The position numbers and the translations under genes were made by a program. 64,000 bases of DNA from Nitrospirales bacterium (GTDB lineage Bacteria; Nitrospirota; Nitrospiria; Nitrospirales; UBA8639), in the NCBI GenBank assembly GCA_965203295.1, contig CBDBCZ010000006.1, positions 1 to 64,000 of the forward strand, given 5' to 3'. Positions 1 to 15,000 of the stretch are shown piece by piece; position 1 is the first letter of the stretch, and the number at the start of each line of letters is the position of its first letter. Under the pieces are notes generated by a model that saw only the letters and a list, made by a program, of their open reading frames with translations, was not told the origin of the DNA and made no database searches.

Positions 1-3000
1 AGAGCTAGTTATTCAAAGGCTTGTTTTGTTTGAATGATATTAGTCAGATAAAACACATGCTTAGGAAGTATCAATGTTCAAGAAAGGAACTGGTTATTCA
101 AAGGCTTGTTTAGTTTGGTTGATGTTAGTCTGTAGATTAGGAAAGAAGGATTTTAATGAAAATTGTTAGTTGTGTTGGTCTCTAGCAAAGACTTTAAGCC
201 AAAGTAACTAGCTACCTTTGATCTGGCCCTTCCCAACTGTTTAGGAAAAGAACTGGTTATTCAAAGACTTGTTTAGTTTGAATGATGTTAGTCTGAAGAT
301 TAGGAAAGAAGGATTTTTTTGAAAATTGTTAGTTTTGTTGGTCTCAGGCAAAGACTTTCAGCCAAAGTAACTGGCTACCATTGATCTGAAAAGAACTGGT
401 TATTCAAAGGCTAGTTTAGTTTTGTTGATGTTAGCCTGAAGATTAGGTAAGAAGGATTTTATTTAAAAATGTTTGTTTCGTTGGTCTCTAGCAAAGACTT
501 TAAGCCAAAATAACTAGCTGCCATTGATTTCACCCTTCCCAACTGTTTAGGAAAAGAACTGGTTAGTCAAAGACTTGTTAAGTTTGAATGATGTTAGTCT
601 GAAGATTAGGAGAGAAGGATTTTATTGAAAATTGTTAGTTTTGTTGGTCTCAGGCAAAGACTTTCAGCAAAAGTAACTAGCTACCATTGATCTGACCCTC
701 CCTGACTGTTTAGAAAAAGAATTGGTTATTTAAAGGCTTGTTTAGTTTGAATGATGTTAGTCTGAAGATTAGGAAAGAAGGATTTTATTGAAAATTGTCA
801 GTTTTGTTGGTCTCTAGCAAAGACTTTAAGCCAAAGTAACTAGCTACCTTTGATCTGACCCTTCCCAACTGTTTAGGAAAAGAACTGGTTATTCAAAGGC
901 CTGTTTAGTTTGCTTGATGTTAGTCTGCAGATTAGGAAAGAAGTATTTTATTGAAAATTGTTAGTTTTCTTTGTCTCTAGCAAAGACTTTAAGCAAAAGT
1001 AACTAGCTACCATTGATCTGACCCTTCCCAACTGTTTAGAAAAAGTACTGGTTATTCAAAGGCCTGTTTAGTTTTGTTGATGTTAGCCTGAAGATTAGGA
1101 AAGAAGGATTTTATTGAAAATTGCTAGTTTTGTTGGTCTCAGGCAAAGACTTTCAGCCAAATTAACTAGCTACCATTTATCTGACCCTTCCTAACTGTTT
1201 TTAAAATAGAACTGGTTATTCAAAAGCTTGTTTTGGTTGAATGATATTAGTCGGATACATTACATGCTTAGGAAGTATCAATGTTCAAAAAAGGAACTGG
1301 TTATTCAAAGGCTTGTTTAGTTTGGTTGATGTTAGTCTGAAGATTAGGAAAGAAGGATTTTATTGAAAATTGTTAGTTTAGTTTGTCTCTAGCAAAGACT
1401 TTAAGCCAAAGTAACTAGCTACCATTGATCTGACCCTTCCCAACTGTTTAGGAAAAGAACTGGTTATTCAAAGGCTATTTTAGTTTGAATGATGTTAGTC
1501 TGAAGATTAGAAAAGAAGGATTTTATTGAAAATTGTTAGTTTTGTGGTCTCTAGCAAAGACTTTAAGCCAAAGTAACTAGCTACCATTGATCTGACCCTT
1601 CCCAACTGTTTAGGAAAAGAACTGGTTATTCAAAGGCTATTTTAGTTTGAATGATGTTAGTCTGAAGATTAAGAAAGAAGGATTTTATTGAAAATTGTTA
1701 GTTTTGTGGTCTCTAGCAAAGACTTTAAGCCAAAGTAACTAGCTACCATTTATCTGACCCTTCCTAACTGTTTAGAAAAAGAACTGGTTATTCAAAGGCT
1801 TGTTTTGGTTGAATGATATTAGTCGGATACAATACATGCTTAGGAAGTATCAATGTTCAAGAAAGGAACTGGTTATTCAAAGGCTTGTTTAGTTTGGTTG
1901 ATGTTAGTCTGAAGATTAGGAAAGAAGGATTGTATTGAAAATTGTTAGTTTTGTTGGTCTCTAGCAAAGACTTTAAGTTAAAGTAACTAGCTACCATTGA
2001 TCTGACCCTTCCCAACTGTTTATGAAAAGAACTGGTTATTCAAAGGCTTGTTTAGTTTGAATAATGTTAGTCTGAAGATAAGAAAAGAAGGATTTTATTG
2101 AAAATTGTTAGTTTTGTTGGTCTCTAGCAAAGACTTTAAGTCAAAGTAACTAGCTACCATTTATCTGACCCTTCCTAACTATTTAGAAAAAGAACTGGTT
2201 ATTCAAAGGCCTGTTTAGTTTTGTTGATGTTAGCCTGAAGATTAGGAAAGAAGGATTTTATTGAAAATTGTTAGTTTTGTTGGTCTCTAGCAAAGACTTT
2301 AAGCCAAAGTTACTAGCTACCATTGATCTGACCCTTCCGAACTATTTAGAAAATGAGCTGGTTATTCAAATGCTTGTTTTGTTTGAATGATATTAGTCAG
2401 ATACAATACATGCTTAGGAAGTATCAATATTCAAGAAAGGAACTGGTTATTCAAAGGCTTGTTTAGTTTGGTTAATGTTAGTCTGAAGATTAGGAAAGAA
2501 GGATTTTATTTAAAATTGTTAGTTTTGTTGGTCTCAGGCAAAGACTTTCAGCCAAAGTAACTGGCTACAATTGATCTGACCCTTCCCAACTATTTAGGAA
2601 AACAACTGGTTATTCAAAGGCTTGTTTAGTTTGAATGATGGTAGTCAGATACAATACATGCTTAGGAAGTATCGTTGTTCAAGAAAGGAACTGGTTATTC
2701 AAAGGCTTGTTTAGTTTGCTTGATGTTAGTCTACAGATTAGGAAAGAAGTATTTTATAGAAAATCGTTAGATTTGTTGGTCTCTAGCAAAGACTTTGAGC
2801 CAAAGTAACTAGCTACCATTGATCTGTCCCTTCCCAACTGTTTAGGAAAAGAACCTGTTATTCAAAGGCTTGATTAATTTAAATGATGTTAGTCGGATAC
2901 AATACATGTTTAGGAAGTGTCGATGTTCAAGAAAGGAACTGGTTATTCAAAGGCTTGTTTAGTTTGGTTGATGTTAGTCTGCAGATTAGGAAAGAAGGAT

Positions 3001-6000
3001 TTTATTGAAAATATTTAGTTTTATTGGTCTCAGGCAAAGACTTTCAGCAAAAGTAACTAGCTACCATTGATCTGACCCTTCCTAACTGTTTAGGAAAAGA
3101 ACTGGTTATTCAAAGGCTTGTTTAGTTTGAATGATGTTAGTCTGAAGATTAGGAAAGAAGGATTTTATTGAAAATTGTTAGTTTTGTTGGTCTCTAGCAA
3201 AGACTTTAAGCCAAAGTAACTAGCTACCATTTATCTGACCCTTCCCAACAGTTTAGAAAAAGAACTGGTTATTCAAAGGCCTGTTTAGTTTTGTTGATTT
3301 TAGCCTGAAGATCAGGAAAGAAGGATTTTATTAAAAATTGTTAATTTTGTTGGTCTCTTGCAATGACTTTAATTAAGCCTAAGTTACTAGCTACCATTGA
3401 TCTGACCTTTCCGAACTATTTAGAAAAAGTGCTGGTTATTCAAAGGCTTGTTTTGTTTGAATGATATTAGTCAGATACAATACATGCTTAGGAAGTATCA
3501 ATGTTCAAGAAAGGAACTGGTTATTCAAAGGCTTGTTTAGTTTGGTTGATGTTAGTCTGAAGATTAGGAAAGAAGGATTTTATTTTAAATTGTTAGTTTT
3601 GTTGGTCTCAGGCTAAGACTTTCAGCCAAAGTAACTGGCTACCATTGATCTGACCCTTCCCAACATTTTAGGAAAACAACTGGTTATTCAAAGGCTTGTT
3701 TAGTTTGAATGATGTTAGTCAGATACAATACATGCTTAGGAAGTATCGATGTTCAAGAAAGGAACTGGTTATTCAAAGGCTTGTTTAGTTTACTTGATGT
3801 TTGTCTGCAGATTAGGAAAGAAGTATTTTATAGAAAATCGTTAGTTTTGTTGGTCTCTAGCAAAGACTTTGAGCCAAAGTAACTAGCTACCATTGATCTG
3901 ACCCTTCCCAATTGTTTAGGAAAAGAACCTGTTATTCAAAGGCTTGATTAGTTTTAATGATGTTAGTCGGATACAATACATGTTTAGGAAGTGTCGATGT
4001 TCAAGAAAGGAACTTGTTATTCAAAGGCTTGTTTAGTTTGGTTTATGTTAGTCTGAAGATTAGGAAAGAAGAATTTTATTGAAAATTGTTTGTTTTGTTG
4101 GTCTCAGGCAAATACTTTCAGCAAAAGTAACTAGCTACCATTGATCTGACCCTTCCTAACTGTTTAGGAAAAGAACTGGTTATTCAAAGGCTTGTTTAGT
4201 TTGAATGATGTTAGTCTGAAGATTAGGAAAGAAGGATTTTATTGAAAATTGTTAGTTTTGTTGGTCTCAGGCAAAGACTTTCAGCAAAAGTAACTAGCTA
4301 CCATTGATCTGACCCTCCCTGACTGTTTAGAAAAAGAATTGGTTATTTAAAGGCTTGTTTAGTTTGAATGATGTTAGTCTGAAGATTAGGAAAGAAGGAT
4401 TTTATTGAAAATTGTTAGTTTTGTTGGTCTCTAGCAAAGACTTTAAGCCAAAGTAACTAGCTACCATTGATCTGATTCTTCCCAACTGTTTAGAAAAAGA
4501 ACTGGTTATTCAAAGGCCTGTTTAGTTTTGTTGATGTTAGCCTGAAGATTAGGAAAGAAGGATTTTATTGAAAATTGTTTGTTTTGTTGGTCTCAGGCAA
4601 ATACTTTCAGCAAAAGTAACTAGCTACCATTGATCTGACCCTTCCTAACTGTTTAGGAAAAGAACTGGTTATTCAAAGGCTTGTTTAGTTTGAATGATGT
4701 TAGTCTGAAGATTAGGAAAGAAGGATTTTATTGAATATTGTTAGTTTTGTTGGTCTCAGGCAAAGACTTTCAGCAAAAGTAACTAGCTACCATTTATCTG
4801 ACCCTTCCCAACTGTTTAGGAAAAGAACTGGTTATTCAAAGGCTTGTTTAGTTTGAATGATGTTAGTCTGAAGATTAGGAAAGAAGGATTTTATTGAAAA
4901 TTGTTAGTTTTGTTGGTCTCTAGCAAAGACTTTAAGCCAAAGTAACTAGCTACCATTGATCTGATTCTTCCCAACTGTTTAGAAAAAGAACTGGTTATTC
5001 AGAGGCCTGTTTAGTTTTGTTGATGTTAGCCTGAAGATTAGGAAAGAAGGATTTTTTTGAAAATTGTTAGTTTTGTTGGTCTCTTGCAATGACTTTAATT
5101 AAGCCAAAGTTACTAGCTACCATTGATCTGACCTTTCCGAACTATTTAGAAAAAGTGCTGGTTATTCAAAGGCTTGTTTTGTTTGAAAGATATTAGTCAT
5201 ATACAATACATGCTTAGGAAGTATCAATGTTCAAGAAAGGAACTGGTTATTCAAAGGCTTGTTTAGTTTGGTTGACGTTAGTCTGAAGATTAGGAAAGAA
5301 GGATTTTATTGAAAATTGTTAGTTTTGTTGGTCTCTAGAAAAGACTTTAAGCCAAAGTAACTTGCTACCATTTATCTGAACCTTCCCAACTGTTTAGAAA
5401 AAGAGCTGGTTATTCAAAGGCTTGTTTTGTTTGAATGATATTAGTCAGATACAATACTTGCTTAGGAAGTATCAATATTCAAGAAAGGACCTGGTTATCC
5501 AAAGGCTTGTTTAGTTTGGTTGATGTTAGTCTGAAGATTAGGAAAGAAGGATTTTATTTAAAATTGTTAGTTTTGTTGGTCTCAGGCAAAGACTTTCAGC
5601 CAAAGTAACTGGCTACAATTGATCTTATTCTTCCCAACTGTTTAGGAAAACAACTGGTTATTCAAAGGCTTGTTTAGTTTGAATGATATTAGTCAGATAC
5701 AATACATGCTTGGGAAGTATCAATATTCAAGAATGGAACTGGTTATTCAAAGGCTTGTTTAGTTTGGTTGATGTTAGTCTGAAGATTAGGAAAGAAGGAT
5801 TTTATTTAAAATTGTTAGTTTTGTTGGTCTCAGGCAAAAACTTTCAGCCAAAGTAACTTGCTACCATTGATCCTACCCTTCCCAACTGTTTAGGAAAACA
5901 ACTGGTTATTCAAAGGCTTGTTTAGTTTGAATGATGTTAGTCAGATACAATACATACTTAGAAAGTATCGTTGTTCAAGAAAGGAACTGGTTATTCAAAG

Positions 6001-9000
6001 GCTTGTTTAGTTTGCTTGATGTTAGTCTGCAGATTAGAAAAGAAATATTTTATAGAAAATCGTTAGATTTGTTGGTCTCTAGCAAAGACTTTGAGCCAAA
6101 GTAACTAGCTACCATTGATCTGTCCCTTCCCAACTGTTTAGGAAAAGAACCTGTTATTCAAAGGTTTGATTAGTTTTAATGATGTTAGTCGGATACGATA
6201 CATGTTTAGGAAGTGTCGATGTTCAAGAAAGGAACTGGTTATTCAAAGGCTTGTTTAGTTTGGTTGATGTTAGTCTGCAGATTAGGAAAGAAGGATTTTA
6301 TTGAAAATTGTTAGTTTTGTTTGTCTCAGGCAAAGACTTTCAGCAAAAGTAACTAGGTACCATTGATCTGACCCTTCCTAACTGTTTAGGAAAAGAACTG
6401 GTTATTCAAAGGCTTGTTTAGTTTGAATGATGTTAGTCTGAAGATTAGGAAAGAAGGATTTTATTGAAAATTGTTAGTTTTGTTGGTCTCTAGCAAAGAC
6501 TTTAAGCCAAAGTAACTAGCTACCATTTATCTTACCCTTCCCAACTGTTTAGAAAAAGAACTGGTTATTCAAAGGCCTGTTTAATTTTTTTTTATGTTAG
6601 CCTGAAGATTAGGAAAGAAGGATTTTATTGAAAATTGTTAATTTTGTTGGTCTCTTGCAATGACTTTAATTAAGCCAAAGTTACTAGCTACCATTGATCT
6701 GACCTTTCCGAACTATTTAGAAAAGTGCTGGTTATTTAAAGGCTTGTTTTGTTTGAATGATATTAGTGAGATACAATACATGCTTAGGAAGTATCAATGT
6801 TCAAGAAAGGAACTGGTTATTCAAAGGCTTGTTTAGTTTGAATGATGTTAGTCTGAAGATTAGGAAAGAAGGATTTTATTGAAAATTGTTAGTTTTGTTG
6901 GTCTCTAGCAAAGACTTTAAGCCAAAGTAACTAGCTACCATTTATCTGACCCTTCCCAACTGTTTAGAAAAAGAACTGGTTATTCAAAGGCCTGTTTAGT
7001 TTTGTTGATTTTAGCCTGAAGATTAGGAAAGAAGGATTTTATTGAAAATTGTTAGTTTTGTTGGTCTCTTGCAATGACTTTAATTAAGCCAAAGTTACTA
7101 GCTACCATTGATCTGACCTTTCCGAACTATTTAGAAAAAGTGCTGGTTATTCAAAGGCTTGTTTTGTTTGAATGATATTAGTCAGATACAATACATGTTT
7201 AGGAAGTATCAATGTTCAAGAAAGGAACTGGTTATTCAAAGTCTTGTTTAGTTTGGTTGATGTTAGTCTGAAGATTAGGAAAGAAGGATTTTATTGAAAA
7301 TAGTTAGTTTTGTTGGTTTCTAGCAAAGACTTTAAGCCAAAGTAACTTGCTACCATTTATCTGACCCTTCCCAACTGTTTAGAAAAAGAGCTGGTTATTC
7401 AAAGGCTTGTTTTGTTTGAATGATATTAGTCAGATACAATACATGCTTAGGAAGTATCAATATTCAAGAAAGGAACTGGTTATTCAAAGGCTTGTTTAGT
7501 TTGGTTGATGTTAGTCTGAAGATTAGGAAAGAAGGATTTTATTTAAAATTGTTAGTTTTTTTGGTCTCAGGTAAAGACTTTCAGCCAAAGTAACTGGCTA
7601 CAATTGATCTTACCCTTCCCAACTGTTTAGGAAAACAACTGGTTATTCAAAGGCTTTTTTAGTTTGAATGATGTTAGTCAGATACAATACATGCTTAGGA
7701 AGTATTGATGTTCAAGAAAGGATCTTGTTATTCAAAGGCTTGTTTAGTTTGGTTGATATATGTCTGCAGATTAGGAAAGAAGTATTTTATAGAAAATCGT
7801 TAGTTTTGTTGGTCTCTAGCAAAGACTTTGAGCCAAAGTAACTAGCTACCATTGATCTTACCCTTCCAAACTGTTTAGGAAAAGAACTGGTTATTCAAAG
7901 GCTTGTTTAGTTTGAATGATGTTAGTCTGAAGATTGGGAAAGAAGGATTTAAATTTATTGAAAATTGTTAGTTTTGTTGGTCTCAGGCAAAGACTTTCAG
8001 CCAAAGTAACTGGCTACCATTGATCTGACCCTTCCCAACTGTTTAGGAAAAGAACTGGTTATTCAAAGGCTTGATTAGTTTTAATGATGTTAGTCGGATA
8101 CAATACATGTTTAGGAAGTGTCGATGTTCAGAAAGGAACTGGTTATTCAAAGGCTTGTTTAGTTTGGTTGATGTTAGTCTGAAGATTAGGAAAGAAGGAT
8201 TTTATTGAAAATTGTTAGTTTTGTTGGACTCAGGCAAAGACTTTCAGCAAAAGTAACTAGCTACCATTGATCTGACCCTTCCTAACTGTTTAGGAAAGGA
8301 ACTGGTTTTTCAAAGGCTTGTTTAGTTTGGTTGATGTTAGTCTGAAGATTAGGAAAGAAGGATTTTATTGAAAATTGTTAGTTTTGTTGGTCTCTAGCAA
8401 AGACTTTAAGCCAAAGTAACTTGCTACCATTTATCTGACCCTTCCCAACTGTTTAGAAAAAGAGCTGGTTATTCAAAGGCTTGTTTTGTTTGAATGATAT
8501 TAGTCAGATACAATACATGCTTAGGAAGTATCAATATTCAAGAAAGGAACTGGTTATTCAAAGGCTTGTTTAGTTTGGTTGATGTTAGTCTGAAGATTAG
8601 GAAAGAAGGATTTTATTTAAAATTGTTAGTTTTGTTGGTCTCAGGCAAAGACTTTATGCCAAAGTAACTGGCTACAATTGATCTTACCCTTTCCAACTGT
8701 TTAGGAAAACAACTGGTTATTCAAAGGCTTGTTTAGTTTGAATGATGTTAATCAGATACAATACATGCTTAGGAAGTATCGATGTTCAAGAAAGGAACTT
8801 GTTATTCAAAGGCTTGTTTAGTTTGGTTGACATATGTCTGCAGATTAGGAAAGAAGTATTTTATAGAAAATCGTTAGTTTTGTTGGTCTTTAGCAAAGAC
8901 TTTGAGCCAAAGTAACTAGCTACCATTGATCTGACCCTTCCTAACTGTTTAGGAAAAGAACTGGTTATTCAAAGGCTTGTTTAGTTTCAATGATGTTAGT

Positions 9001-12000
9001 CTGAAGATTAGGAAAAAAGGATTTTATTGAAAATTGTTAGTTTTGTTGGTCTCAGGCAAAGACTTTCAGCCAAAGTAACTTGCTACCATTGATCTGACCC
9101 TTCCCAACTGTTTAGGAAAAGAACTGGTTATTCAAAGGGTTGATTAGTTTTCTTCCCAACTGTTTAGGAAAAGAACTGGTTATTCAAAGGGTTGATTAGT
9201 TTTAATGATGTTAGTCGGATACAATACATGTTTAGGAAGTGTCGATGTTCAAGAAAGGAACTGGTTATTCAAAGGCTTGTTTAATTTAGTTGATGTTAGT
9301 CTGAAGATTAGGAAAGAAGGATTTTATTGAAAATCGTTAGTTTTCTTGGTCTCTAGCAGAGACTTTAAGCCAAAGTAACTAGCTACCATTTATCTGACCC
9401 TTCCCAACTGTTTAGAAAAAGAACTGGTTATTCAAAGGCCTGTTTAGTTTTATTGATGTTAGCCTGAAGATTAGGAAAGAAGGATTTTATTGAAAATTGT
9501 TAGTTTAGTTGGTCTCAGGCAAAGACTTTCAGCCAAAGTAACTGGCTACCATTGATCTGACCCTTCCCAACTGTTTTGGAAAAGAACTGGTTATTCAAAG
9601 GCTTATTTAGTTGAATGATGTTAGTCATATACAATACACGCTTAGGAAATATCGATGTTCAAGAAAGGAACTTGTTATTCAAAGGCTTGTTTAGTTTGGT
9701 TGATGTTAGTCTGAAGATTAGGAAAGAAGGATTTTATTTAAAATTGTTAGTTTTGTTCATCTCAGGCAAAGACTTTCAGCCAAAGTAAATGGCTACCATT
9801 GATCTAACCCTTCCCAACTGTTTTGGAAAAGAACTGGTTATTCAAAGGCTTGTTTAGTTTGAATGATGTTAGTCAGATACAATACATGCTTAGGAAGTAT
9901 CGATGTTCAAGAAAGGAACTGGTTATTCAAAGGCTTGTTTAGTTTGCTTGATGTTAGTCTGCAGATTAGGAAAGAAGTATTTTATAGAAAATCGTTAGTT
10001 TTGTTGGTCTCTAGCAAAGACTTTCAGCCAAAGTAACTAGCTACCATTGATCTGACCCTTCCCAACTGTTTAGGAAACGAACTGGTTATTCAAAGGCTAG
10101 TTTAGTTTGAATGATGTTAGTCAAATACAATACATCCTTAGGAAGTATCGATGTTCAAGAAAGGAAATGGTTATTCAAAGGCTTGTTTAGTTTAAATGAT
10201 GTTGGTCGGATACAATACATGCCTAGGAAGTATCGATGTTCAAGAAAGGAACTTGTTATTCAAAGGCTTGTTTAGTTTGGTTGATGTTAGTCTGAAGATT
10301 AGGAAAGAAGGATTTATTTAAAATTGTTAGTTTTGTTGGTCTCTAGCAAAGACTTTAAGCCAAAGTAACAAGCTACCATTGATCTGACCCTTCCCAACTC
10401 TTTATGAAAAGAACTGGTTATGCAAAGGCTTGTTTAGTTTTGTTGACGTTAGCCTGAAGATTATGAAAGAAGGATTTTATTTAAAATCGTTAGTTTTGTT
10501 GGTCTCTAGCAAAGACTTTGAGCCAAAGTAACTAGCTACCATTGATCTGACCCTTCCAAACTGTTTAGGAAAAGAACTGGTTATTCAAAGGCTTGTTTAG
10601 TTTAAATGATGTTAGTCGGATTCAATACATGCTTAGGAAATATCAATGTTCAAGAAAGGAACTTGTTATTCAAAGGCTTGTTTAGTTTGGTTGATGTTAG
10701 TCTGCAGATTAGGAAAGAAGGATTTTATTGAAAATTGTTATTTTGTTGGTCTCTAGCAATGACTTTAAGCCGAAGTAACTAGCTACCATTGATCTGACCC
10801 TTCCCAACTGTTTAGGAAAAGAACTGGTTATTCAAAGGCTTGTTTAGTTTGAATGATGTTAGTCAAATACAATACATGCCTAGGAAGTATCGATGCTCAA
10901 GAAAGGAACTTGTTATTCAAAGGCTTGTTTAGTTTTGTTGATGTTTGTCTGAAGATCAGGAAAGAAGGATTTATTGAAAATTGTTAGTTTTGTTGGTCTC
11001 TGGCAAAGACTTTAAGCCAAAGTAACAAGCTACCATTGATCTGACCCTTCCCAACTGTTTAGGAAAAGAATTGGTTATGCAAAGGCTTGTTTAGTTTGAA
11101 TGATGTTAGTCAGATACAATACATGCTTAGGAAGTTTCGATGTTCAAGAAAGGAACTGGTTATTCAAAGGCCGGTTTAGTTTGGTTGATGTTAGTCTGAA
11201 GATTAGGAAAGAAGTATTTTACTCAAAAATTGTTATTTTTTTTGTCTCTGGCAAAGACTTTAAGCCAAAGTAACTAGCTACCATTGATCTGACCCTTCCC
11301 AACTGTTTAGGAAACGAACTGGTTATTCAAAGGCTAGTTTAGTTTGAATGATGTTAGTCAAATACAATACATGCGTAGGAAGTATCGATGTTCAAGAAAG
11401 GATCTTGTTATTCAAAGGCTTGTTTAGTTTGGTTGATGTTTGTCTGAAGATTAGGAAAGAAGGATTTCATTGAAAATTGTTAGATTTGTTGGTCTCTGGC
11501 AAAGACTTTAAGCCAAAGTCACTAGCTACCATTGATCTGACCCTTCCCAACTGTTTAGAAAAAGAACTGGTTATTCAAAGGCTTGTTTAGATTGAATGAT
11601 GTTAGTCAGATACAATACACGCTTAGGAAGTGTCGATGTTCAAGAAAGGAACTTGTTATTCAAGGGCTTGTTTAGTTTCGTTGATGTTAGTCTGAAGATT
11701 AGGAAAGAAGGATTTTAATGAAAATTATTAGTTTTGTTGGTCTCTAGCAAAGACTTTAAGCCAAAGTTACTAGCTACCTTTAATCTAACCCTTCCCAACT
11801 GTTTAGAAAAAGAGCTGGTTGTTCAAAAGCTTGTTTAGTTTGAATGATGTTAGTCTGAAGATTAGGAAAGAAGGATTTTATTGAAAATTGTTAGTTTTGT
11901 TGGTCTCTAGAAAAGACTTTAAGCCAAAGTAACTAGCTACCATTGATCTGACCCTTCCTAACTGTTTAGGAAAAGAACTGGTTGTTCAAAGGCTTGTTTC

Positions 12001-15000
12001 GTTTGAATGATGTTAGTCTGAAGATTAGGAAAGAAGGATTTTATTGAAAATTGTTAGTTTTGTTGGTCTCTAGCAAAGACTTTCACCCAAAGTAACTAGC
12101 TACCATTTATCTGACCCTTCCCAACTGTTTAGAAAAAGAGCTGGTTATTCAAAGGCTTTTTTTGTTTGAATGATATTAGTCAGATAAAATACATGCTTAG
12201 GAAGTATCAATGTTCAAGAAAGGAACTGGTTATTCAAAGGCTTGTTTAGTTTGGTTGATGTTGGTCTGAAGATTAGGAAAGAAGGATTTTATAGAAAATT
12301 GTTAGTTTTGTTGGTCTCAGGCAAAGACTTTCAGCCAAAGTAACTGGCTACCATTGATCTGACCCTTCCCAACTGTTTTGGAAAAGAACTGGTTATTCAA
12401 AGGCTTATTTAGTTTGAATGATGTTAGTCATATACAATACACGCTTAGGAAATATCGATGTTCAAGAAAGGAACTTGTTATTCAAAGGCTTGTTTAGTTT
12501 GGTTGATGTTAGTCTGAAGATTAGGAAAGAAGGATTTTATTGAAAATTGTTAGTTTTGTTCATCTCAGGCAAAGACTTTCAGCCAAAGTAAATGGCTACC
12601 ATTGATCTGACCCTTCCCAACTGTTTTGGAAAAGAACTGGTTATTCAAAGGCTTGTTTAGTTTGAATGATGTTAGTCAGATACAATACATGCTTAGGAAG
12701 TATCGATGTTCAAGAAAGGAACTGGTTATTCAAAGGCTTGTTTAGTTTGCTTGATGTTAGTCTGCAGATTAGGAAAGAAGTATTTTATAGAAAATCGTTA
12801 GTTTTGTTGGTCTCTAGCAAAGACTTTCAGCCAAAGTAACTAGCTACCATTGATCTGACCCTTCCCAACTGTTTAGGAAAAGAACTGGTTATTCAAAGGC
12901 TTGTTTAGTTTAAATGATGTTGGTCGGATACAATACATGCCTAGGAAGTATCGATGTTCAAGAAAGGAACTTGTTATTCAAAGGCTTGTTTAGTTTGGTT
13001 GATGTTAGTCTGAAGATTAGGAAAGAAGGATTTATTTAAAATTGTTAGTTTTGTTGGTCTCTAGCAAAGACTTTAAGCCAAAGTAACAAGCTACCATTGA
13101 TCTGACCCTTCCCAACTCTTTAGGAAAAGAACTGGTTATGCAAAGGCTTGTTTAGTTTGAATGATGTTAGTCAGATACAATACATGCTTAGGAAGTATCG
13201 ATGTTCAAGAAAGGAACTGGTTATTCAAAGGCCGGTTTAGTTTGGTTGATGTTAGTCTGAAGATTAGGAAAGAAGAATTTTACTCAAAAATTGTTATTTT
13301 TTTTGTCTCTGGCAAAGACTTTAAGCCAAAGTAACTAGCTACCATTGATCTGACCCTTCCCAACTGTTTAGGAAACGAACTGGTTATTCAAAGGCTAGTT
13401 TAGTTTGAATGATGTTAGTCAAATACAATACATCCTTAGGAAGTATCGATGTTCAAGAAAGGAACTGGTTATTCAAAGGCTTGTTTAGTTTGGTTGATGT
13501 TAGTCTGCAGATTAGGAAAGAAGGATTTTATTGAAAATTGTTAGTTTTGTTGGTCTCTAACAAAGACTTTAAGCCAAAGTAACTAGCTACCATTGATTAG
13601 GAAAGAAGGATTTTATTGAAAATTGTTAGTTTTGTTGGTCTCTAGCAAAGACTTTAAGCCAAAGTAACTAGCTACCATTGATCTGACCCTTCCAAACTGT
13701 TTAGGAAAAGAACTTGTTATACAAAGGCTTGTTTAGTTTGAATGATGTTAGTCTGAAGATTAGGAAAGAAGGATTTTATTGAAAATTGTTAGTTTTGTTG
13801 GTCTCTAGCAAAGACTTTAAGCCAAAGTAACTAGCTACCATTGATCTGACCCTTCCTAACTGTTTAGGAAAAGAACTGGTTATTCAAAGGCTTGTTTAGT
13901 TTAAATGATGTTAGTCTGAAGATTAGGAAAGAAGGATTTTATTGAAAATTGTTAGTTTTGTTGGTCTCTAGCAAAGACTTTAAGCCATAGTAACTAGCTA
14001 CCATTTATCTGACTCTTCCGAACTGTTTAGAAAAAGAACTGGTTATTCAAAGGCCTGTTTAGTTTTGTTGACGTTAGCCTGAAGATTATGAAAGAAGGAT
14101 TTTTTGAAAATTGTTAGCTTTGTTGGTCTCTAGCAAAGACTCTAAGCCAAAGTCACTAGCTACCATTGATCAGACCCTTCCCAACTGTTTAGAAAAAGAG
14201 CTGGCTATTTAAAGGCTTTTTTTTGTTTGAATGATATTAGTCAGATAAAATACATGCTTAGGAAGTATCAATGTTCAAGAAAGGAACTGGTTATTCAAAG
14301 GCTTGTTTAGTTTGGTTGATGTTTGTCTGAAGATTAGGAAAGAAGGATTTCATTGAAAATTGTTAGATTTGTTGGTCTCTGGCAAAGACTTTAAGCCAAA
14401 GTCACTAGCTACCATTGATCTGACCCTTCCCAACTGTTTAGAAAAAGAACTGGTTATTCAAAGGCTTGTTTAGATTGAATGATGTTAGTCAGATACAATA
14501 CACGCTTAGGAAGTGTCGATGTTCAAGAAAGGAACTTGTTATTCAAGGGCTTGTTTAGTTTCGTTGATGTTAGTCTGAAGATTAGGAAAGAAGGATTTTA
14601 ATGAAAATTATTAGTTTTGTTGGTCTCTAGCAAAGACTTTAAGCCAAAGTTACTAGCTACCTTTAATCTAACCCTTCCCAACTGTTTAGAAAAAGAGCTG
14701 GTTGTTCAAAAGCTTGTTTAGTTTGAATGATGTTAGTCTGAAGATTAGGAAAGAAGGATTTTATTGAAAATTGTTAGTTTTGTTGGTCTCTAGAAAAGAC
14801 TTTAAGCCAAAGTAACTAGCTACCATTGATCTGACCCTTCCTAACTGTTTAGGAAAAGAACTGGTTGTTCAAAGGCTTGTTTCGTTTGAATGATGTTAGT
14901 CTGAAGATTAGGAAAGAAGGATTTTATTGAAAATTGTTAGTTTTGTTGGTCTCTAGCAAAGACTTTCACCCAAAGTAACTAGCTACCATTTATCTGACCC

